Positions 12,532 to 21,348 of a DNA stretch of 64,000 nucleotides are shown here, in pieces; position 1 is the stretch's first letter; the number at the start of each line of letters is the position of its first letter. The notes under the pieces are model-generated. The model ran no database searches, was not told the DNA's origin, and saw nothing but the letters and a program-made list of their open reading frames with translations. This DNA is from Candidatus Obscuribacteraceae bacterium (GTDB lineage: Bacteria > Cyanobacteriota > Vampirovibrionia > Obscuribacterales > Obscuribacteraceae). The DNA lies in the NCBI GenBank assembly GCA_044226015.1, contig JBGAHS010000001.1, positions 864,001-928,000 on the forward strand, given 5' to 3'. The position numbers and the translations under genes are program-made.

Positions 12532-12675
12532 ATGAATTTCCGGCACGAAAATTTAGCTTTCTGTGAGCGAAGATATTTTTCGTTGCATTTCTCTGTTCTC
12601 TCACTGATACCCACGTTGAGCCCGAAAACCCAAGCCATGGGCAGTTTTTGGCTGCGGCAATTAGAACCAAGGTAA
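12532..12675 (+). CDS. Putative 47-aa leader peptide (uORF) upstream of rtcB
   Basis: GAGGT (12520-24) lies 7 nt before the ATG; open frame MNFRHENLAFCERRYFSLHFSVLSLIPTLSPKTQAMGSFWLRQLEPR*; shorter than any ORF shown in the track. Confidence 0.5.
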   Translation: MNFRHENLAFCERRYFSLHFSVLSLIPTLSPKTQAMGSFWLRQLEPR

Positions 12676-12700
12676 AAAGAATCAATATCAATAATGATGT

Positions 12701-12734
12701 GAAGACTTTGCCTGAGGATCGGCAAAGTCTTTTT
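12701..12734 (+). terminator. Intrinsic terminator/attenuator hairpin upstream of rtcB
   Basis: Perfect 11-bp stem AAGACTTTGCC / GGCAAAGTCTT with an 8-nt loop and a T-run, ending 28 nt before the rtcB ATG. Confidence 0.75.
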
Positions 12735-12762
12735 GGTTTAACCACAGTAAGGAGTGTGGATT

Positions 12763-13998
12763 ATGACAAAGGAATCGAACTATTTGGTATTTCACGACAG
12801 TGGAGTGCCTGTGAAGGCATGGATTAATGGTGTTCCTATTGAGGATGAGGCCAAAAAGCAATTGCTAAATATCAGCAGAATGCCATTCATTTATAGATGG
12901 ATTGCAGCCATGCCAGATGTTCATCTCGGCAAGGGTGCTACCGTCGGTAGTGTCATTCCAACAGTCGGGGCTATCATTCCTGCTGCTGTAGGGGTAGACA
13001 TTGGCTGCGGCATGATGGCTGCTAAAACAACTTTGAAGGCAGAGCAGTTGCCTGACAATTTGAGACCGTTAAGAGAGGCGATTGAGAAGGCTGTTCCTCA
13101 TGGACGTACCGATAATGGTGGCGCGAATGATCGCGGTGCCTGGTCTGATTTGCCAAAGGCGCAGCAAGACACCTGGGAAGACTTAAAACCACGATTTGAC
13201 CGAATTTTAGAAAAGCACCCAAAACTAAGAGGCGGGCACGTGAACCATGTTCGTCATCTAGGCACATTGGGTACGGGAAATCACTTTATTGAGATTTGCC
13301 TGGATGAGAGCAATAGTGTTTGGATTATGCTTCACAGCGGTTCGAGGGGCATCGGCAATCGCATTGGCAGCTATTTCATCGATCTTGCAAAAGAAGACAT
13401 GAAGAAGTGGTTTATCAATTTGCCTGACCAGGACCTTGCTTATTTGGCTGAGGGAACTCAACATTTTGATGAGTATATCGAAGCTGTAAGCTGGGCTCAA
13501 AAGTTTGCACGCTGCAACCGTAATTTGATGATGTCTGCTGTTGTAAATGCGCTTCGTTCCTCTGGGGTTGTTCCAGACTTCGAGATGACTGATGTTGCGG
13601 TGAATTGCCACCACAACTATGTTGAGCGCGAAAAGCATTTTGGGCAAGATGTTCTACTTACGCGAAAGGGAGCGGTGAGCGCGAAAGCTGGTGAGTTGGG
13701 AATTATTCCTGGTTCAATGGGTGCATGCTCTTACATCGTTAAAGGAAAAGGCAATGCAGAAAGTTTCATGAGCTGCAGCCATGGTGCAGGACGTAAAATG
13801 TCTCGCACTGAGGCGAAGAAGACGTTCACGGTTGCTGACCATGAGAAGGCGACTGCTGGAATTGAATGTCGCAAAGATGAAGATGTCATCGATGAAACAC
13901 CTGCTGCGTATAAATCGATCGATGATGTGATGGAAGCGCAGAAAGATCTCGTTGATGTTGTGCACAAACTTAGACAGATCATCTGTGTGAAAGGTTAG
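12763..13998 (+). CDS. rtcB: RNA-splicing/repair ligase RtcB
   Basis: MPDVHLGKGATVG, VGVDIGCG, GTLGTGNHFIE, HSGSRG, NCHHNY, RKGA, PGSMG, SHGAGR, DETPAAYK; ATG at 12763 after AAGGAG. Confidence 0.97.
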   Translation: MTKESNYLVFHDSGVPVKAWINGVPIEDEAKKQLLNISRMPFIYRWIAAMPDVHLGKGATVGSVIPTVGAIIPAAVGVDIGCGMMAAKTTLKAEQLPDNLRPLREAIEKAVPHGRTDNGGANDRGAWSDLPKAQQDTWEDLKPRFDRILEKHPKLRGGHVNHVRHLGTLGTGNHFIEICLDESNSVWIMLHSGSRGIGNRIGSYFIDLAKEDMKKWFINLPDQDLAYLAEGTQHFDEYIEAVSWAQKFARCNRNLMMSAVVNALRSSGVVPDFEMTDVAVNCHHNYVEREKHFGQDVLLTRKGAVSAKAGELGIIPGSMGACSYIVKGKGNAESFMSCSHGAGRKMSRTEAKKTFTVADHEKATAGIECRKDEDVIDETPAAYKSIDDVMEAQKDLVDVVHKLRQIICVKG

Positions 13999-14002
13999 AG
14001 TT

Positions 14003-14035
14003 GAGAGTCGCAGGCAAAGCTTGCGGCTCTCTTTT
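14003..14035 (+). terminator. rtcB terminator
   Basis: GAGAGTCGCAGGC-AAA-GCTTGCGGCTCTC (13 bp, two G-U pairs) followed by TTTT. Confidence 0.7.
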
Positions 14036-14111
14036 CTTCTTTTCCTGAGCTTGCGGGTTCCTTTGCCATCCTGCTTGCAAAGTCTGTTGGGAGAGTTCTC
14101 GCTCTTCTGTC

Positions 14112-14594
14112 TTAGTCGGTTAACTTGCTCAGCACTGCTTTTGCCGCTTTTTCTTGACCGGCAGTATCTGGTTTTGTGAAAGGTCCACACATAAAAATCA
14201 ACCAGTTGTTGCCTTTGAGCACGCAGAGTTGTGCCGGGGTTGTTGTTCGGTAAGCCGCTTCGCCGATGCCTTTAACTTCTACGCCTTTGTACATGTCTTT
14301 GCACTGAACATAAGCGCTTTTGGTCTCTTCCTTGCTTCCGTGCCTGATTAAGACACTAACCTGTGAGTTTCCGTTCTTAAGCATGTAAGCGGCAGTGCTG
14401 ACCCATGTATCTCCCACTTGAGTGTCAGCTACCGAGTTACGGCTAGATTCCTCAACCGCACCACCTAAAAGGCTCTGCGCAAGTTCTGCTGTCAACATTT
14501 TGCGCGCTCGGTTGCCAGGTTCGGCAGCTGTGACATTAAGGTTGGCTGTGGATAGTGACAGAATAGCCAAAACTGACAGGACGTGCTTCTTCAT
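14112..14594 (-). CDS. Secreted hypothetical protein
   Basis: MKKHVLSVLAILSLSTA signal peptide; AGGAG RBS; VKGIGEAAY resembles DUF3558-like sensor folds (weak). Confidence 0.75.
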   Translation of the reverse strand: MKKHVLSVLAILSLSTANLNVTAAEPGNRARKMLTAELAQSLLGGAVEESSRNSVADTQVGDTWVSTAAYMLKNGNSQVSVLIRHGSKEETKSAYVQCKDMYKGVEVKGIGEAAYRTTTPAQLCVLKGNNWLIFMCGPFTKPDTAGQEKAAKAVLSKLTD

Positions 14595-14722
14595 CGTTAG
14601 CTCCTGATAGAGGCTACAAGTTTAGCGCGAAGCTAGAGGCTTTCCCTTAACTTCACTGAAAGATATGGATTTTAGGCGAGTGGAATGCAAAGGCATAATT
14701 GCTTGTATGCGAACAATGAATC

Positions 14723-15793
14723 CTAGCGAAACGCCGCGGGATGCTTCTTTTCCCATGCTCTAAGCGCGCGTACTCCCACTTCAAATGACTGAGCGTTCGC
14801 ATAAAAATTATGAGCACCGTCATTGCGGTCAGGATTGCGCACGTAATAAAGGTAATTGGAAGATGCGGGATTGACTGCCGCTTCAAGCGAACTAAGTCCG
14901 GGTGAAGCGATTGGACCTGGTGGAAAACCTTTGTTCAATCTTGTGTTGTATGGAGACTTGCGATCTATATCGCTCTGATAAACTTTGCCATCGTTTTTCC
15001 AGGTGCCTGCGAGTTTTGCCGCGTAGATCAATGAAGAGTCTACTCCAAGTGGAATGTCTCCTCTGATGCGGTTCTCGATGACGGATGCTACCAGTGGTCT
15101 TTCAGATTTCAATTTGGCTTCGGTTTCAATTATTGACGCTTCGGTCACAACAGTGTGTGCGTCCATCTTTCTTGAGTCTGCCATAGACTTGAGTTTGTTG
15201 AACCAAACTTCTCTGAATCTTTTCACCATCTCTTTCACTACTTCTGTTGCAGTGGAATTCGAGTCTATGAAATAGGTATCGGGAAACAAGTATCCTTCGA
15301 GATTTTTTGCTTTAGTATCGATGTCTTTGATCAAAATCGTCGCATCAAGCAACTTCATTGCTTGCTTGCGATCCCTCAATTTGAATGCTGGCACTTTCAC
15401 CATAGCATCTGCTATTTCAAATCTGGTCCACCCTTCGATGATGGTTAGACGCTCGAAATCGCCGCCTTGCTTCAATCTTTCCAGCGCTTCTAACGGAGTG
15501 ATGGGCGATGGAAAAGTATATGAGCCTGAGCGAATGACAGGATTTGCTTTAGTCAATTTCAAATAGACGCGCAGCGGAAGCGTTGTGTCCAAAATTTCTT
15601 TCGATTTGAGATCTTGCAAAATCTGGTCAAGGCTCTCACCTCTTGCTACAGCGACTGAGGCACTTGCACTCTTGTGAGATATTTTTGTATGGAGTTTCTG
15701 CCAGACCCACGCTGCAAAACCACCGCCAGCCAGTACTGCAAGAAGTAAAATAATGATGATACCGGTAAAGAATGTGCGTAACAATTTGAACAT
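14723..15793 (-). CDS. mltG: Endolytic transglycosylase MltG (YceG family)
   Basis: N-terminal TM, TIIEG, LEGYLFPDTY, ASIIETEA, SPYNTR...GFPPGPIASPG, YLYYV. Confidence 0.95.
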   Translation of the reverse strand: MFKLLRTFFTGIIIILLLAVLAGGGFAAWVWQKLHTKISHKSASASVAVARGESLDQILQDLKSKEILDTTLPLRVYLKLTKANPVIRSGSYTFPSPITPLEALERLKQGGDFERLTIIEGWTRFEIADAMVKVPAFKLRDRKQAMKLLDATILIKDIDTKAKNLEGYLFPDTYFIDSNSTATEVVKEMVKRFREVWFNKLKSMADSRKMDAHTVVTEASIIETEAKLKSERPLVASVIENRIRGDIPLGVDSSLIYAAKLAGTWKNDGKVYQSDIDRKSPYNTRLNKGFPPGPIASPGLSSLEAAVNPASSNYLYYVRNPDRNDGAHNFYANAQSFEVGVRALRAWEKKHPAAFR

Positions 15794-15983
15794 TCGATTG
15801 CAGGCAACACGCAGTGGGTCGATTTCATAATCTTACCCGGCTTTCAGCTCTGCAGTCAAAGAAAGAACTCATAAAGGCTGTTAGCAACCGATTGGCTCGT
15901 CAAGCATAATTTCAAAATGACGAAAAGGTAAGCTTTCGCCTACCTTCTCGTGGTTTTTGTGGTTGCCGGGAAGCTTTGAAGAT

Positions 15984-17459
15984 TTAGCTGCCTTCACCAT
16001 TGGCGGTGGCAGGCGTTTGCTTTTCTTTTTTCTGGAAAAAGAACCAGAACAAGAATGAAAGCAGAATTACGAACAACACTCCGTAGCTCAATACTGTTGA
16101 TTTGACAGAAATCGATGCGGTGTTGCCCATTTCAAGCAATCCACTTGTGAGAATGCCCGAAGAAATCATGAGGGCTGGTGTCAAGGCGAGGTTTTCAGCA
16201 CCGCGGCTGTTAGCCGCTTGCAGTGAAGGTCCCACAACAGCAAGTAGGAAACAGCTGGTCAGCGCAGCGGTGAACAAGCTGCAGCTTGGTTCAGAGTGAA
16301 GCAAGAAGTTGGAAAGCACTGGGGTAATGATGCAAGCGGCTAGCGTCAAGCCCAGCAAAGTGCGCCGTTCCATTTTTTCTTTGAGCAGGAGTAGCATTGC
16401 AACCCCAAGTAGCAAACCACCATATTGTGCAGCCCCTGTATAGGCATGATTCAAATTGATGCCTGTGACGTTTAAGTTGAAGTGTTGCAAATAAACTTGC
16501 ATCAACGCTCGGCTGGCAAAATAAATTCCAGGAAATAAAGCTGCGCTGGATATTGGTGCAACCATCGCGGTTGGTGCCAGTGCGAGAAGTCCGAAGGTTC
16601 CATAGAAGCGCATTGCAACCAGTGTCAGAATTCCAACTGCAAAAAGCATTCGCAGAGCTGGTTGGGCAAACATGGAATAACGTTCATCTCCGCTGAGATC
16701 CTTATATAGGTAACTAACGAAGTACCCTGCTCCGCAAAGAATGGCTAGATTTTGATATTGAACAAGGTTGAGAACTTTGATGACGACGCATAGCACTGCC
16801 AAACCAGCGCTGACAGAGAGGACTGTGCGTTTCACTAGTATGCGGTCATCGTTTCTGTTTCCGACCTTAATGAATGGACCCTGGATGAATCGCATGAGAA
16901 ATGACACAGCCATAATGCCGAGGAGTAAACCGGCTTTTTGCGTAAGTTGTGCTGGCGCGGTGTCCACTGAGCTCAGCCACATCGCTGACGTGAGCCAGAT
17001 GAAAGGCGGCACGATATCGTCGAGGTCGGAGGACTCTCCATATCCCAGGTTTTCTGCTAGCTTCACCATCACAAGACCGGTGAGAGCTGCTGCCATCCCC
17101 ACGAATTCTCCTGCTGGGGCCAGGCTGGTTAAAGCAACAGCTGCACCAGCAAGCAAAATACCTCTTAAATATGATGGCAGCCCCAACCCACTCAAAAGGT
17201 AAGTGAGTATCGATGCCCCCGCGAAATAGGAAATTGAGTTAGCGCTGGCAACTCCGAAGTGTTGTGCCAAAAACAGTAAGCCAAGGAATGGCAGGAAGAC
17301 CATCGCGAATAGACCCAGATGATTGATCACCGGCTTGAAGGAGATTTGTTTATAAACTCCATCTTTGACGAAGCGCAGTCCAAACCCCAAAAGGCTGGCA
17401 ACTATGTAGATGATTAGGACTGGGTCTGGAATCTTGATCATGTTTCTGCTGTCCTGCAT
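15984..17459 (-). CDS. Polytopic membrane protein of unknown function
   Basis: 491 aa with more than 12 hydrophobic segments; no family motif recognised. Confidence 0.8.
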   Translation of the reverse strand: MQDSRNMIKIPDPVLIIYIVASLLGFGLRFVKDGVYKQISFKPVINHLGLFAMVFLPFLGLLFLAQHFGVASANSISYFAGASILTYLLSGLGLPSYLRGILLAGAAVALTSLAPAGEFVGMAAALTGLVMVKLAENLGYGESSDLDDIVPPFIWLTSAMWLSSVDTAPAQLTQKAGLLLGIMAVSFLMRFIQGPFIKVGNRNDDRILVKRTVLSVSAGLAVLCVVIKVLNLVQYQNLAILCGAGYFVSYLYKDLSGDERYSMFAQPALRMLFAVGILTLVAMRFYGTFGLLALAPTAMVAPISSAALFPGIYFASRALMQVYLQHFNLNVTGINLNHAYTGAAQYGGLLLGVAMLLLLKEKMERRTLLGLTLAACIITPVLSNFLLHSEPSCSLFTAALTSCFLLAVVGPSLQAANSRGAENLALTPALMISSGILTSGLLEMGNTASISVKSTVLSYGVLFVILLSFLFWFFFQKKEKQTPATANGEGS

Positions 17460-17571
17460 GTTAGACTGAATTCAATGTAACACAGCGCTGTTAACAGATT
17501 TCACTTTCGACGCTAAGCGAAGGTAAAAGCATTGTTAGACAGAAATTTTACAGAGGGCTATTTCGCGCAAA

Positions 17572-18459
17572 ATGGCAAATCTGAGAATTATTTTGTTGAT
17601 GAGTATCTTTGTTTTGACCATTGGAGTCATGCTTACGACTCTTGGTTCAGAACCGAGCACCGATGAAGCTGCCTTCTTTTTGCGCAAAGTTCAGGAAGCT
17701 GATAAGCCAGTGGTGATTGCTCAATTTGGCGACAACACTTGCCATTGTCAGCCTCGAGGTGGCTTCAATGCGTTCCTGCACTTTGAGTCAGGTGAAGATG
17801 ATAATCTGGCTTTCATCTGGGGGCAAAAGTTCTTAATCGGAAGCATGAGCCAGCGGGAAATTCCAACCGTTGAAAAATTCAAGGGCAGTAATCTTCCCTG
17901 GGAGCAGCCAGAAAGTACGCAGGTAGATGTTCTGATTGCTTTTGATAAAGGCACCTACAGTCCCTACTTCTTGCCACTCGATATGGCTTATGGTCATCCG
18001 GTAAAGATCGCCGATTTGCAATCTTTCTGTAAGGACCCAAGTGCAGACTTCAATAGATCACTTGCTCTCAGGCTGCGCCCAAGTTTAGAGCCAGGTCTGC
18101 TTCCTGTTGCCGTCAAGGATCCAAACAAGAAGCCAGAGTTCACATCTGACTATTACCTGAGCTTGCTTCCTGCTGAGCAAGCAATTTATGTGAAACCTAC
18201 TGATGCTGCGGATGTCCTTATGTCTGACGGAGCAAAGAAAGCTGCTGCGAATTTTGCAGATCAGCTTCCCCGGCTGAAGTCAGCGACTTTACGCCTTGAG
18301 ATTGTTCGACGAGGACGTTTCCAGCGATGGGCGGTTAAGAAAGGTTCGGTTCGCGATCCCGTTTTTGCTCTTGCTGATGGAAAAGAACTTGCGCTTAAAA
18401 CTCCAGCACTTTTGCTTCCCAAAACTGAAGAGAAAAGTAGCGAAGATGCTGAGCATTGA
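17572..18459 (+). CDS. Membrane-anchored or secreted hypothetical protein
   Basis: N-terminal hydrophobic helix, CHCQPRGG motif, 295 aa. Confidence 0.75.
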   Translation: MANLRIILLMSIFVLTIGVMLTTLGSEPSTDEAAFFLRKVQEADKPVVIAQFGDNTCHCQPRGGFNAFLHFESGEDDNLAFIWGQKFLIGSMSQREIPTVEKFKGSNLPWEQPESTQVDVLIAFDKGTYSPYFLPLDMAYGHPVKIADLQSFCKDPSADFNRSLALRLRPSLEPGLLPVAVKDPNKKPEFTSDYYLSLLPAEQAIYVKPTDAADVLMSDGAKKAAANFADQLPRLKSATLRLEIVRRGRFQRWAVKKGSVRDPVFALADGKELALKTPALLLPKTEEKSSEDAEH

Positions 18460-18555
18460 GTGCTGTTTTCTCAATGTTGAAGAAAATGCGAATGACCTTA
18501 GAATGCATGCTTTCCGAAAACCGGAAATTCAGACAGTCTCTAGGCTCAGAACGCT

Positions 18556-18582
18556 TTGACCGGTTATAATACGTGTTATAGT
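18556..18582 (+). promoter_or_regulatory. Putative promoter and overlapping palindromic operator of the paaA-like gene
   Basis: TTGACC (18556-61) and extended -10 TGtTATAGT (18574-82); near-perfect 16-bp palindrome TATAATACGTGTTATA (18565-80). Confidence 0.55.
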
Positions 18583-18656
18583 TGCTAAAGCCACATAAGT
18601 GGTCACTGCGAAAGGGAAGCGCAAGCCTGAAAAGCTTGTCATTAAGGAGATACGAA

Positions 18657-19406
18657 ATGGTTGTTGTCGATGAAAAAGCGAAGCAAGAAGCCATGATGGC
18701 TAAAATCAACTCTGGCCAAAAGCTTGAGTCGCTTGATGAAGTAACCGAAGAGTACAGAGAGAATCTCCTCAAGCTGATGATAGCTCAAGCTGATTCAGAA
18801 TTAGCTGGCGCTTATGGATACGTACCGTGGATTCAAGGCGCACCGACAATGGCTGAGCGTCTTGCAATGGCAAACATCGTCAAAGACGAAATTCGCCATG
18901 CTCGTGCTATGTACGATCTTCTCGATAAAGTTGGTGTCGACACCGATAAGTTGATCGCTGACGATATGAAAAATCGCATGAAAGTATTTTATGAACCAAT
19001 CAAGACCTGGGCTGACCTCGTCATGTTCAACTTCCTTATGGATAGAGCTGCCGGTCACCAATTGAGAGATGCTGCAGAGTGCAGCTGGGGTCCATGGTCA
19101 CGTGCAATGGTTCAAATTGAGAAAGAAGAGTGGATGCATGTTCGCCACGGTGAGCATTGGGTCAAGAAGCTCGCCGGAAGTCCTGAAACCCATCAGGAAA
19201 TTCAAGCCGCGCTTGACTTCTGGTTCCCCAAGGTCAACCGTGTATTCGGCAAAGGCGGCAGCAAAACTAACCAAGACTTCCAGCACTTCAAGCTTAAACA
19301 GCGCGATAACCACGATGTTCGCGAAGCCTGGTACAACGAAATCAAAATATTGCTAGAAGGCTATGGATTGAAGGTTGCAGGAATTGACGTAGTCGATAAA
19401 GACTAG
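18657..19406 (+). CDS. Ferritin-like di-iron aryl-CoA epoxidase subunit (PaaA/BoxB-like, PaaA_PaaC family)
   Basis: Iron ligands intact: QADSE, KDEIRH, LMDRAA, KEEWMH; PaaA-like TWAD and SWGPWSRAM; ATG at 18657 after AAGGAG; 249 aa. Confidence 0.85.
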   Translation: MVVVDEKAKQEAMMAKINSGQKLESLDEVTEEYRENLLKLMIAQADSELAGAYGYVPWIQGAPTMAERLAMANIVKDEIRHARAMYDLLDKVGVDTDKLIADDMKNRMKVFYEPIKTWADLVMFNFLMDRAAGHQLRDAAECSWGPWSRAMVQIEKEEWMHVRHGEHWVKKLAGSPETHQEIQAALDFWFPKVNRVFGKGGSKTNQDFQHFKLKQRDNHDVREAWYNEIKILLEGYGLKVAGIDVVDKD

Positions 19407-19429
19407 TTTCAAGCCTGTTTGAATTATTG

Positions 19430-19464
19430 AGCAGAACGGATTCATTGAAGCCGTTCTGCTTTTT
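19430..19464 (+). terminator. Intrinsic terminator after the paaA-like gene
   Basis: Perfect 10-bp stem AGCAGAACGG / CCGTTCTGCT followed by TTTT. Confidence 0.75.
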
Positions 19465-19633
19465 ACTTCGGCAGCAATTTTCTTTTGCCGGACGCTTTCT
19501 GACTGGTGAAAGTACTGAACTGTGATCTTCTTGTTAAACCCGCTCAAATAGCGACTTCGAGGCGATCAAAACGGTTTCCGAGAGGGTATCATTTGACGCT
19601 ATATTCGTGCGTAGGTGAGGTCTTCGTCTTCCG

Positions 19634-20953
19634 ATGTGGAACGACAAGGTCGAGAGCATGTCCCGGGCAGAACTGGAGAAACTCCAGTCGCAACTTTTCG
19701 TGCGTATGCTGCGCCGCATCAACGAGTACGTTCCATTTTATGCAAACCTGTTATCGTCCAGTGGTGTGAATCTTGATTCAATAAATGGTATTGGCGACAT
19801 TCATCGCCTGCCATTCACTCGAAAGTCTGACCTCCGAGACAATTATCCACGCGGCTTGCTTGCTGTTCCCCAGGCTGAACTTCGGCGCTTTCACGCCTCA
19901 TCGGGAACTCGAGGCAAGCCGACGATTGTGGCATACACCCAGAATGATTTGGACAACTGGGCAGAACTCGGCGCACGCTCGCTATTTGCTGCTGGGGTGA
20001 GGCCTGGTGATATTGTTCATAATGCATATGGCTATGGCTTGTTCACTGGCGGACTGGGCGTTCATTATGCAATTGAAAGACTCGGTGCAATCGCTGTCCC
20101 CGCATCTGGTGGCAAGACTCAGCAGCAAATTAGTTTGCTGAAAGATCTTGGCGCCAGGGTAATTTGTTGTACGCCCTCATATGCATTGAGAGTGGCAAAC
20201 ACCTTGTTAGAACTTGGGGAGACTATCGATTCACTCAAGCTTGAAGTTGGCATATTTGGCGCTGAGCCGTGGAGCGAACCTATGCGAGCTCACATAGAGT
20301 CTGCGCTAGGTTTGAAAGCGATAGACATCTATGGGCTGAGCGAAATTATGGGACCAGGAGTCTCCATTGAGTGCAGTCAAGCCCGTTGTGGTTTGCACAT
20401 ATGGGAAGACCATTTTTATGCAGAAATCGTTGACCCCGTAAGCGGTGAGGTTTTACCGGAAAACGAAGAAGGCGAGCTAGTAATTACGACACTTCAAAAA
20501 GAAGCCATGCCACTTTTGCGATTCCGCACCGGTGATTTGTCTCGGCTTAGTCGTGAGAAATGCGCCTGTGGAAGAACAATGGCGCGAATGACTCGCGTGC
20601 GCGCTCGTCTGGACGATATGTTGATAATTCGCGGTGTAAACGTTTACCCGTCTGAAATCGAGAACATTTTGCTGAAGGTTGATGAGCTGGCCCCTCACTA
20701 TCAGCTTGTACTCAAGCGAGAGGAATCGCTAGATCAGTTATCGGTGCAAGTCGAAATTACAGAAGAGATTGTGGCTCGATGGGCCGAGGTTCAAGAAGAA
20801 GGTTTGCGTATTAAAGCTCTCAGCGACCGCATCAAATATCTGTTAAAGGAAAACCTGGGGCTTACAGTGGCGGTGGAGTTATTGCCTGCAAAATCCATCG
20901 CGCGCAGCGAGGGGAAAGCTTGCCGTCTAGTCGATTTGAGACAGAGTTATTAG
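19634..20953 (+). CDS. paaK: Phenylacetate-CoA ligase PaaK
   Basis: LPFTRKSDLRDNYP, HASSGTRGKPT, AYGYGLFTGGLG, GIFGAEPWSE, DIYGLSEIMGPGV, DDMLIIRGVNVYPS. Confidence 0.93.
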   Translation: MWNDKVESMSRAELEKLQSQLFVRMLRRINEYVPFYANLLSSSGVNLDSINGIGDIHRLPFTRKSDLRDNYPRGLLAVPQAELRRFHASSGTRGKPTIVAYTQNDLDNWAELGARSLFAAGVRPGDIVHNAYGYGLFTGGLGVHYAIERLGAIAVPASGGKTQQQISLLKDLGARVICCTPSYALRVANTLLELGETIDSLKLEVGIFGAEPWSEPMRAHIESALGLKAIDIYGLSEIMGPGVSIECSQARCGLHIWEDHFYAEIVDPVSGEVLPENEEGELVITTLQKEAMPLLRFRTGDLSRLSREKCACGRTMARMTRVRARLDDMLIIRGVNVYPSEIENILLKVDELAPHYQLVLKREESLDQLSVQVEITEEIVARWAEVQEEGLRIKALSDRIKYLLKENLGLTVAVELLPAKSIARSEGKACRLVDLRQSY

Positions 20954-20972
20954 AGAAAAGGAGAAATATATC

Positions 20973-21284
20973 ATGGTGGCAAAACTAATTACTCTACACA
21001 AAAAGCCGGCCGACGTTAAATCGTTTGACGAAGTCTATTTCAACGAACATATGGATGTCGCTCGCAAGATTCCAGGCTTGCAGTTAATTGAAGTGTCTCG
21101 CGTTGTTGGAGCTCCACAGGGAGAAGCTGATTTCTACTTGATGACGGAACTTTATTTCGAAAATTTGGAATCTGTCAAAGCAGGTATGGCGAGTCCGGAA
21201 GGTAAAGAGGCTATCGAGCATTTGAAGAGTTTTGCAGGAGAGCAAGTTAGTTCAATGTTTGCTGAAGTTGCAGAAAAAAACTAG
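20973..21284 (+). CDS. EthD family protein
   Basis: KKPADVKSFDEVYFNEH...IPGL...ELYFEN...SPEG; AAAGGAG RBS. Confidence 0.88.
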   Translation: MVAKLITLHKKPADVKSFDEVYFNEHMDVARKIPGLQLIEVSRVVGAPQGEADFYLMTELYFENLESVKAGMASPEGKEAIEHLKSFAGEQVSSMFAEVAEKN

Positions 21285-21348
21285 ATAAGGGTAGAGCTAC
21301 GCGCGATTGCACCGCAAGAAAGCAAACGCCAAAAATGAGGCAAGGTAA

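Noticed and set aside
12541..12557. Sigma54 promoter for rtcB (CGGCACGAAAATTTAGC)
   Set aside because: The -12 TTGC is missing at the required spacing and no rtcR is nearby.
12426..12745. Two minus-strand ORFs (99 and 73 aa) upstream of rtcB
   Set aside because: No RBS or recognisable motifs; the region is better explained by the + strand promoter, uORF and terminator.
18583..18645. c-di-GMP-I-like riboswitch (GCGAAAGGGAAGCGCAAGCC) upstream of the paaA-like gene
   Set aside because: Only superficial GAAA/GCAA words; the required stems and the second hairpin could not be built.
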